Of a stretch of 64,000 nt of DNA, positions 53,601-64,000 are shown piece by piece. The stretch is taken from assembly GCA_040954595.2 (NCBI GenBank), contig CM082587.2, positions 4,730,093 through 4,794,092 on the forward strand, written 5' to 3'. Position numbers and translations under genes: made by a program. The notes under the pieces are model-generated. The model saw nothing but the letters and a program-made list of their open reading frames with translations. It was not told the origin of the DNA and did no database searches. Source of the DNA: Balanoglossus misakiensis. Its lineage: Eukaryota > Animalia > Hemichordata. How positions within the stretch are numbered: the first letter of the stretch is position 1; the number at the start of each line of letters is the position of its first letter.

Positions 53601-54779
53601 GACTGTTCCAAACATCATTTAGTCATAGCTAAAATGGATTGATAGTTTAAACATGATTGGCTGAAGACCTTCCTTATTTTGAGTGTGTCAGCTGCCCCTT
53701 TTCACGGAACTGCAAAGCTTCAAACCCACGCGTCAGTGTTTGTAAAAGTTTTCTTCATTCAGTTCCTATGCCAAGCAGATTAGAAAGAGAGTGAAATTCA
53801 GGAAGTATTGCTGATAGTTTTTGTTTCAAAAAGTGTTACTGCTTTGATATGTTAATGCATTTTATGAGTAATGATTTCTGAATCAATTTTCAAGTGACTA
53901 TGTCTGTTTTCACAGATTGAGTAAAGTAAATTAAAATTCACAGATAACTGAAATTGATTGTGTGTGTGTCTGTCTGTTCTTAAAGATTGGCGAATGTCTT
54001 ATATGCATGTGCCAAACCAGAGGCTCTGGTTGCAAAAAACGTATTCAGCACCTTGAAGCAGTATGTTCTAACAACAGACAAGATGGCGGTGACTATAGTA
54101 TGTGTTGGAGATTGGGAAAAGACGGCGAATTGGGTGACAAAACTGAAGTCTACTTATATGGTATTGAGAATACCACAATTGATTAATTAACAGAAAACAT
54201 CGATCATTGCGTATCTCGTGTATACTGATACATTGTTTAACCACGGTGACACGCCCTCGCGAGAAAGGGAAAACACCTCGATCGAACAAGTGGATTATTC
54301 CTTCGTTTCTGTGTTATGTGGCGCTGTTTCGGAACTGACGCTGTGTGCCTTAGAACCAAGGCACTGGATGATCGACAGATCGTGACGTAGACTTCAAACT
54401 GTGGTTGAATGGACATGTAATTGTCGATTTATCAAACTTTGCGGTTAATGGGGGTGCGTTTACGTTACGTACTTTAGACCCGGAACAGTGCATTGTTATA
54501 AAATAAATGCATACAATAACACGGACGGATATTTTCTTGTGACCTCAAACTGACCCACTGCAAACAAGTTCAGCTAAAAATTGACGCAACAGACCAGTAC
54601 TGTCACGGACGTCTAATGGCAAAGTTAACTTGTGCTTGGTTGAAGTTCGATTTGATCGGAGTTTGGTTGGCTTCTTGAAGTGCGGAAACTAGCAGGTTCC
54701 TCGACCTCATTGTATTGTTAGCGTTACTCAATTTAGCAGAATAGAAGACTTCTCAGCTCAAACGAGTTTCGGACTTTCT

Positions 54780-57653
54780 ATGAAGGGCGCTTCTGTGTTT
54801 CTTGTACTGTCATGGCCACTGCTGTGGTTTCGACTGTCGTCTGGTGGGATCTCTGCATACGGTGGCACAACGCCAACGCAGAGAGAGTATTCCGCCCTGG
54901 ACGTTTTTTTGAATAAGGACGCCGATGACCACGGTCCCTGGGTCTGGCCTTTCTCCGACGAACAGAAACAAGCCGTCGTGGACGCTCACAATTCGCTGAG
55001 GAGGGACGCGTTTCCCGAAGCATCAGACATGATGAAAATGGTGAGGGAAGTTATATCTGTTAGTTCCTGTAAATGGACGAGATAGCTAGTCACGTTCACG
55101 TTTTGGATGCCCCGTGGTTCCAGGTGGCCCAAGTGGCTTCCTGACCATCTATTTAGTTCAGAGTCGCAATATTGCTCCATTGATTCTCTCTTCAGGTTTG
55201 GGACGAGGAGTTGGCCAACCTGGCACAGAATTGGTCCGAACAGTGCAATTTCCGACACCCAAGCGACATCGATTACGGACAAAATCTGGCCACACACGAT
55301 GAGTGAGTGTTGTAGATGTTGGTGTGTTTCCAAGACTGTTGATCAGGGTTGATTGTGAATTATGATCCATGATGCACATCGCTAGCTGCAAGATGATCAC
55401 GAGCAATTCGTTTATCGGGGAAAACATGCCCCAAGCAGCATAGAGGAAGCTTTCCATTCAAAAACTATTATTATAAGCTGTGTTATTTCTGCTTGTAAGA
55501 ATCAAATTAATATATTTTTAAATTAATTCACATGCATATATACAGTGTTCTAAGCGCAATCGGTGGATGGTACAGCGAGCACAGTGATTACAACTACGAG
55601 AACAACACGTGCCATAATTACGCCAATGTCTGTGGCCATTATAAGCAAGTAAGTGTGAGCTTTGCGACACAGGGGAAACTATATATATTTTGCATCCTGA
55701 TTTTAAGTATACACTGTACTTATGCGTCGTATGAAACTGTCAATCCTACTGATTTCAATTGGCCATTTTTGTTTGTTTGTTTCCAAGCTTGTTTGGGCGT
55801 CCTCGTATCAAGTTGGTTGTGGAATACACAAGTGCGGAGATCGTGATTATATCACCACGTGCAACTATCGTCCTCCGTAAGCTGAAGTTTGTTGAGACTT
55901 CTACCAATTGAAATTAATATTATCAACGTGTGAAACTGATTGGTGAAACGTTTTGTAGTCCCAAGTGAAGTAAAGATGTAATGTGTTCTCCTTATGTGGA
56001 CAATGCGATGTGTCACTCTTTCATGTTTCTACTTCCATATTCCAAAATGAGTAATTATGCAACATTTTTCTCCCTCGAATTCCGCTGCAGTGGGAACTAT
56101 CCGGGAACACGTCCCTACAAAAGTGGCCATTACTGCTCGCAGTGCCAGAACCCAAGTTGGTGTGAAGATAAACTATGTAGTAAGTCAAGTGTCCGTCCAC
56201 ACGTGGTCCTCTCCCTTTCAAAAATGTGCATGTATTACGCACTCAATGTCTTTCTACCTATACCTGTTTCTGCCTCACGCAATTAACCACTTTACTCTTA
56301 CTTTAAAGAGGATTTACGCTGTGTATTTTTCAATTTCAGATCCGAGCTGTACAGATGAAAATGAAAGTAATTGTGGTGAGTGTACAACGTTAAATCGTCT
56401 ATGTCAACTTTCACTTTTTAACTTTAAAGTGATAATGTAGTCACGAGGCGGGCAATGCAACTTTCACCAAAGCAGTGAAAATGTATGTGATATGATGTTG
56501 TTTAAAATATTGGTATTACTGTGTCGTTTATTTTACTTGCAGAGTGTCACTTGCTGTGCATGAACTGTGGCCTTAAAATGGAAGACACCTGTCGATGTTC
56601 CTGCCCGCCCGGATTGGTGGGAATCGATTGTACAGGTGAGGAATGCCAAAGCCATTTAGCATGAGACAGAACAACAAGATAGGGGGTCTGAGATTGTGAG
56701 ACGGCCAGAGACGGACAGACAGGCGAAAATACATAGCGTATGCGGTAAGTTTGTAGTCCAGAAATACATGGTATCCCTTGCATATTCTTTCTCACTAAGT
56801 CTATATCTTGGTGGCGTCTTTTTCAGAATTCTGCGAGGATAAGCACAGGCACTGTGGTGGAGGTTGGCCGCCAAGTGTATGTGATAACCCTGAGTGGGCG
56901 TTTGTTCCGCCAAGGTGTCCCCTTATGTGTGGTCTATGCGGTAAGTTCTGTTTTGGAGTTGGGTTCACGTACACACCTGAAACGCCTCTGAGAAATACGG
57001 GCTTTGAGGCTGCGTTCAAATAGATATACACACGTATAATTATGTAATCAGGCTTGTTGCATATATGCATTTCAAGCTCGAATTGCCTCAGATTTTGATA
57101 ATCTCGTATTTTTTCACCACAGAAAGGGGGCCATACGATCCCAGCATCCATTGCTGTAACGGTACACAGTGTGAACAAGGCCTGATTGACGGGCGAAGCT
57201 GCGAGTGTAGATGCCACACGGGTTACGGGGAAGAATATGAATGCGGTAAGTCGATACAAACGCTAACTGTGTATACCCTGGGTATCGACACAGTTGCTGC
57301 TTTCATTCATACTTGGAAAATAGAATTGTGTACATCACTTGTTGCGATGCGCTGTGTTGTGTTGTGTTGGGTTGGGTTGTGGTGTGGTGTGGTGTGGTGT
57401 GGTGTGGTGTGGTGTTGCGTGACGTGCTGTGATGTGTACAACCACACCAATCGTTGGAATATCTCTCAATATTTCAGACGAGCCTGTAATAAATACCACA
57501 GCCACCACAAGATCACCAACGACTGCTACCGACAGACCGGGCAAACCACCGGTCGTTGGGGGATGCAAGAGACATTTCATGACGGTGGAGGTCTTTGCAC
57601 TGGCGGCTGTAGTGGAGATGTTTACAAATCTTGACCCTAGACGATATTCTTGA
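54780..57653 (+). CDS. Secreted CAP (SCP/CRISP) + Cys-rich/EGF-like + ShKT + EGF-like protein, paralog 1; ten exons
   Basis: Signal peptide, VDAHNSLRR, KM|VWDEELA, YGQNL, CGHYKQ|LVWASSYQVGCG, CNYRP, ShKT CEDKHRHC...CPLMCGLC, Thr-rich stalk, hydrophobic tail. Confidence 0.9.
57378..57414. repeat. (GTGTG)n microsatellite, intronic
   Basis: Tandem GTGTG units. Confidence 0.85.
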
Positions 57654-58176
57654 AATTAAGTAGGCCTGTTTTAATCCACAGCGATGACAAATGCGTATGA
57701 GCGGGGTGTCGTTTATCTGTCGAGTTCTTTTGGCCTTTGTAAACTTCGTCAGAAAGTGCATTTGAGAATTATATCGTATTTGTAATAAACGACTGCAGAC
57801 TGTACAGTGGAGAGATAATGCATGTCCATCTTCTGCTCCTAGCCTCCTGTGCAGCTCGTATATATGTACACAGTTGAACTGTAATCCTTCAATCAAAACA
57901 AAGTACAGTATGCGACATCTCGAATGATGGTGACGTGAGTGATAGCGGATGTATAGTCGTGATACCGAAATGTATACGGGGAGAGGAAGTAGAATTCCCG
58001 GGTTCCTCGGTTATCTTAAATAATGAGGTGTTCGCGGTAAGAAGAAGCATGTCCCATAAATGACAGTCTAGCGGCGCCCTAATCATCTGTCACGTGTGTT
58101 GGGGAGAGGGGGTCAATTAGAACATGCCACTGCTCGCCAAATGACAACACACTTGTACAGCAAGCGCGGTGCCACC

Positions 58177-61100
58177 ATGGAGATTATTGTCCTGTTGAAA
58201 ATATTCTCCAGCGCTTGGATTTCGTTGTTAATTATTTCCACCCACCCAACGGCGACGCAGCGAGTGACCCATCAGAAAAGTTTAGAGAGGGAAGCTAGGA
58301 CCGGCGGGATACAGCGGACGGCGGAGGGTGACGACGGGACGTGGGAATGGCCGCTAACGGAGGAACAGATTCTAGCCGTAGTTGACACGCACAACAGTCT
58401 CAGGCGAGATGTTGAACCCGAGCCATCCGACATGATGAAAATGGTACGAAAGTATAACGGGAGGTTGTAAGCTCATATGATATGATGTTATATTTTCGCT
58501 TTGCTTTGTTGCGTGATCAACTATTGGTCATTACATGCCTATCGATATTTCTGCCAAAAGAGAAGATGAATTTACTTGACACGCAAAAGTTATTTCACTC
58601 ATAACTTAGTTATTTGTAATTCACCTGTGCATGCTGCAAGCCTAAACAGTAGAGACCCAGCGCTTTCAGGTGACCAGCAAGCAACCACGTTGTCCCAATA
58701 AGCAGAACAACTTGATATAGAACAGAATACATGCAAAATCATGACGCGAATTCTTTCTTTCATATCTCTGTCATAATTCATCATCAAATATAAATTGAAG
58801 ATCCCTTAATTTCAACCGCCAAACAAATCCGCGATGTGTACCTAAGGAATGTTACACTTCCACAATCCGATACGGTTGTCATCTGCACTTCACCATGGCA
58901 ACACGCGACAACATAGTCAGCAAAGGGGGTCTTTGAGATAATAATACAGTGGCGCTGAGATAATTTAAAAGCCTGCGTAGTTTTGGCTGCATGGAATCTA
59001 AAGACTTCTAACAAGCTATCAATAGCAATGTACGTTGTGCCTGTGGTTACAGCATATAATTTATGGTTGGTTTAATCGTTTCATTTAATAGGTTGTGTTT
59101 TTTTCTGCACCTGTGTGTAGAGTCGGTGCTGTAACGTTGATAGGTTTGTGAAATATAAATTTACCACAGGGTCGTAGGTCACGCGAGGTTAATATCGTGA
59201 TATCGTTAACAAACGAGCCGCCATGAGCTCATGGTCTTAATTAAATCTTACACATAACATTATTTCCTCGATGTTTAAAAATTATGTTTGTACTTCAAGT
59301 GGAGGTTCGGTCAGCGGGCGATAGGTCAATCAAATTATTTCATGAAAAATTGACTTGTAGCAAACTTCGTTACTCTATGTAGTCGGGCATTACATTTTAA
59401 CAGGAACGATTACGTCTTTCCCAAAATATGTAACAAACAACATAATACATATCTACATGTGCATAAATGATTTGCAATCACTATTTTACTTGGTTCAAGA
59501 ATATCTAAAAATCAATACGGTAGACTCGTCAGTTATCAAGCTTAATCGCGATCGATAGTTGAACAATGTCGTCCTCGATGTTTCTGGCCGGGTTAGTGTA
59601 CATGTACTTTGGAAAATTGCTCTTTAGCATAGCCTATAGTCTGTATACCAGTATGGCTTTTTGAGACAGTTGGGTATGAAATTATAGTGATGGCCCGAAA
59701 CTCAATGAATTCGACAGACATCTGTAATTTTTTGCGCGAGAGGTACAACGGTGTCGTGACGGCTTGTTGCCGTACATTCACATGTGCGTTTCGCAATTTC
59801 AACCTGGTAGGCCATTGCAGCTGTTTACAAAAACCGGTCCATAACTCGCACACGCATACTTATACAAATCGATCGATAATTTGCACAATTAATCAATTAA
59901 AGAAATGACAGCCGAGACTATAAAAATTTATTAACTCGTTTCAGAGTCAATATTATGTCGACGACAGAAAATCTTGCGTATTACAGGCAATAGAACTGCC
60001 AAAAATAAATCTTTGCGCGTAAACAAGACCTTTGCTATACTGAAGGATTAAATTATACACAGCAGACTCGTCTCCGAATTTCTTTCAGACTTGGAGTGAC
60101 TGGTTAGCGGGGGCGGCACAAAACTGGTCTGAAAACTGCGTATTCGAGCATCCGGACGACCCAGGTTACGGACAAAATCTTTACTTGGGAACAGAAGATA
60201 GGTATTATCCGCACCAAATTTCACCTTGAAATCTAAGCGATTTTTAATCAAGGGTTGGTTCTAGCCAAATGAACGCTACACTAATATTTCTACTGTGTTT
60301 CTAGTATCGTCAATGCCATCGAAGCCTGGTACTCCGAGGTCGAGTATTATGACTACGAAGAAGACACCTGTGAAGAAGGTAAAGCCTGTGGTCACTACAC
60401 GCAGGTGAGAGACTGAAACGTAATGGGGAACGTTGAATCATGGATTTCATGTAAATGCAGACTGACGGACTGGCTGAATAAACAAACAAATTAATTATGA
60501 GTTATGCGTCCGTTGATGGCGTTTTCGCTGCTCTTTCACCACGACTTAATTATTCATTTCACATTGAACACAGGTTGTCTGGGCAACGTCTGTCGAGGTT
60601 GGCTGTGGAATAGAAGAATGTGATAACAGCGGTAAAATTGGGTATTTGATCACGTGTAACTACAGCCCTGCGTAAGTATCTAACAACATCTCTGGGAATG
60701 GGTCTCAAATTCACACACGTATACCTGTGCCATATACGAACAATGCAATATTAATAATCGTTAATTTTGTTCAGTTCCATTCTGTTCTTATCTATTCTGT
60801 CTTTTAGTGGCAATGCTGTTGGTTCGAAACCCTATCAGAGTGGCCACAACTGCTCCCAGTGTTCAAATCCCAGCTGGTGTGACGATGGATTATGTGGCAA
60901 GTGTGCTTGTCGACGATTTTTTATTGTATCAAACTTTAAAGAATGGTATAGATTTTGTTCGTGTTGGCAATTTCTTACGCGAAACAGTCTTGATTTTAGA
61001 CAGATGCTTTGACTTGGTGGCAAGTGTGTTGTAAGGGATCCGGACCCACATATCTCGGCGCAGCCGCAGATGCCGGGGACGACACCCACACTTTGAATGG

Positions 61101-62388
61101 TTACACTTTTAAAATACGTGCTCTGTGTTATGGGATCAGAGTTTCGGCTGGGTACTTCTCAATACAACCTGATCCTCTTTTATCTTCTTCAGACCCTGAT
61201 TGTGTCGAGTCAGAACTAACCACTGACTGTGGTAAGTGTTTGTGTTTGTATACTAGTAGTCATCGTTGCAAAGTGTCTCGGCGAAATTCAACATTCCTCA
61301 TAAATAATTCGCATTTCTGATGGCTACAAAACATTGCACATCCTGGTTAAATGATACACCTCCCATTCACAGGTCTAATTTTCCCAAATGCCGTTTTGTC
61401 TCAACAGACTGTCATCTGCTGTGTTTGAACTGCGCCCTCAAGATGGAAAACAACTGTTCTTGCTCCTGCAAGCCCGGATTTACCGGCATTGACTGCGGCG
61501 GTAATTATTGCCAGATCATATCTTTCGAGTTACGAAGCGTGTAGACATACCAACAACATAGGCTTAATGTGCACGTGACACGGGTGGTAAAAACCTTAGA
61601 TCAATGTTAAGAATTCCTGGGTGCCTTTTTATGACCTGTATTGTCCTATGCGTGAAGAAATTGCAAGTGAAAAAAAAGATTCTGAATTGATATTACCGCT
61701 TGATTTTAGAAATTTGCGAGGATAAAGACAGCAAGTGCAACAATGGCTGGTATAAGGAACAATGCGGGAAGCCTGGGTTTGACTACGTTGATGACAAGTG
61801 TCCTCTTATGTGTGGTCATTGTGGTAAGAAAGTTTCTCCGGTTTTATCGCTTTTATGACAGTGCTGCCCTGCATTGAAGATCTGTGATCTCCCGCCTCGT
61901 GCAAGTTCTCTCATGGTATCCCAGCCTGTAATTAAAATGTGTGTTCTTTATCGTACCTGTGCATACCCTGACCATGTTAATTTTATCAGATGGCGGTCCC
62001 TACGTTCCCGAGGAACACTGTTGCGAGGGTAAACAGTGCGAGGAAGGCGTCATAAACGGAGAGACGTGCGAATGCGAATGTCACGAGGAATATGGGGAAG
62101 AGTATGGATGTGGTAAGCATTTCTTTCATTGACGTCATATGTGACGGCCATTTTGTCAAGCAGAGCGCAGCCAGCGGTCACAATTGGGGCGGACCACGTG
62201 CATGCATGTCTGCCTTACCCACCAGTACCATACTCACCTTTCTTTTGCTGAAGTTTCCAATTTTCGCCCGTCTTATTTACCGTCCGTCTTCTATTATACT
62301 CGCAGGAAGCCTGAAACCTTCCGTTGACGGCGCCCTTCTCGTAGCCGCAGTCTGGTTGACGATCGTCACCCTACGACCCAGCGAATGA
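58177..62388 (+). CDS. Secreted CAP + EGF-like + ShKT + EGF-like protein, paralog 2; ten exons
   Basis: Kozak GCCACCATGG, signal peptide, VDTHNSLRR, exon 2 at ~60089-60201 (YGQNL), CGHYTQ|VVWATSVEVGCG, CNYSP, ShKT CEDKDSKC...CPLMCGHC, tail ALLVAAVWLTIVTL. Confidence 0.9.
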
Positions 62389-62822
62389 TGGCATGTTTCA
62401 TAGAAAAGCACTTTGGCTGGTTAAAGTATTGACTAGCTGTCAGTGTTTACCAGATTATATATAAAAGGGACTCAACTTCTACAATGTCTTTACATCGTGG
62501 TAGGCCTACTTCTGTAAGACACGTGCGCCGCCTGTCAAAACTTGCCATTTGTTTTGCAATGACTCGACGTGCCGCATATTAAACTAATTTAAACCGAGCG
62601 CAAAAGTCGGGTTTCTTAGAATTACACGCACTTAGTGGGCCACTTAATGCGTCCTGCAATTAGCCAACTTTTTAAAAATAATGATTTAATATGGGATAAA
62701 ATCGACTTAACGAACACTATGCATATAAGTGTTACAATAAAATCTCTATATAACTACATTAACAAAGAGCGCCGTCACGTGTTCTTATAACACTAAAACA
62801 TTATCCGGCTTACAACACGTAC

Positions 62823-63195
62823 CATTATGACTACATCTGTGATCTTGATATGCTAAACAACTTCTCAATCACGCCAACCAATCACAAGCATCACAGCATA
62901 CACCTGGCGAATGGAAAATATCGATTGGATAGTTGTCAGCCAGCGCATTTGTCAGGTGGTCAGTGAGGTGCCACGTTTCCATCATTCAAAACTAAATTTT
63001 TGACGTGCAAACATCATGGCTGAAAGAAGCGACGAGAATGACCTATTCATTACCAAGAGCAATTCTCGACACCCAAGTGAAGGCGACGGTCATGACTGTG
63101 TCGATGTGGACTGGATTTTCCAGGATTCGGGTGGCCTCATTGAAGATATTGTACATAAACCACCGGCCATGGAAAGTGACTTGAAAATCGAGGGC
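62823..63195 (+). repeat. Interspersed repeat copy 2, homologous to 31131-31480
   Basis: Same ordered blocks as copy 1; retains short ORF MAERSDENDLFITKS... Confidence 0.8.
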
Positions 63196-64000
63196 GATTT
63201 GAGTGGTTCTTGAGAGGTGGGAGGCCCGACTAATAATCATTAATTTGTGACCATGAAAAGCGCAGAAGGGCGGGCTTTTCACTTCGACGTCACCGTGGTT
63301 ACGCGCTCACCTTCATGGCTTCAAGAATCCTGTCGACCTTTTTTCGCGAGGTAAACAAATTCCAGTTTTTTTATCACCAAGGTCAGGGGTCATAATACAA
63401 CTCCGGATAGTGCCACATGATAAATTTTGGAATGACAGTATATCCAATTTCACTTTAAAAAGGGTAATTAGTGTCCTGAATAGTGCGGATATATCTATTA
63501 TTCACGATGAAAAAAGAAACTGAATTGTTCGCAGTCGTTGCATCAAGTATCAGCTAGCTATTTTAATTACGTAACGATGTGGGTACGCGCTTGCGATGGA
63601 TACGATCAAAATGCTTATTGAAATCATAGTAGAAGGCGGTTGTATTTTCTTGCTTTGCTGATCGTGAACAAGAATGATACGTGACAAAATAAAGACTTCT
63701 TGCTCTGCGCGCCGTTCACTCAAATATTTCTGCTATTTTATCTACGCAGGTTTTTTCTCCTTTGTAGTTCATGGGCGGAAGTTGCCTTTAACTGGACGGG
63801 AGCACGCGTGCACATACATGTTGTATTGTTTTCTTGTTCTTTATTGTTCCCTATATATCCACTTTTGTTATTTGTACCGGCCCTCGTTGTAGCGTCAGTC
63901 TAGGATGGGCCGATGGCTGTTTGCTGGTGCCCGTCGGGTTATGACTGTTCGAAAAGCCTCGATGAATCCAACCCGACGAGAATTGACTACACCTGGCGCG

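Noticed and set aside
63920-63980. Hairpin with ATGA...AAAA...TGA resembling a SECIS element
   Set aside because: Helix II is too short and no upstream gene has an in-frame UGA needing recoding

Overview
Gene-dense, intron-rich animal genomic DNA, most likely a marine invertebrate; the taxon cannot be fixed from this window. Manual splicing supports nine complete protein-coding genes: ZGPAT (+), two paralogous angiopoietin-like fibrinogen-related proteins (-) flanking a class I SAM methyltransferase (+), an Ebony-like non-ribosomal peptide synthetase (+), FAM166/CIMIP2 (-), ATAT1 (-) head-to-head with FUBP1/KHSRP (+), and two tandem CAP-EGF-ShKT genes (+). FUBP introns hold two copies of H/ACA snoRNA E2 (SNORA62 family) and a further unassigned H/ACA candidate. 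There are also two clean MITEs, an interspersed repeat pair and microsatellites. Most notable: (1) the Ebony-like NRPS has a ~490-aa insert (ER/K single-alpha-helix-like segment plus acidic disordered tract) between its adenylation and thiolation domains, and a remodelled amine-acceptor domain; (2) three phase-0 signal-peptide first exons on the minus strand at the left end belong to a gene whose body lies outside the window; (3) the FUBP gene hosts snoRNAs and candidate alternative terminal exons. Family assignments rest on motifs recalled from memory, not database searches; internal exon coordinates may be off by a few bases.
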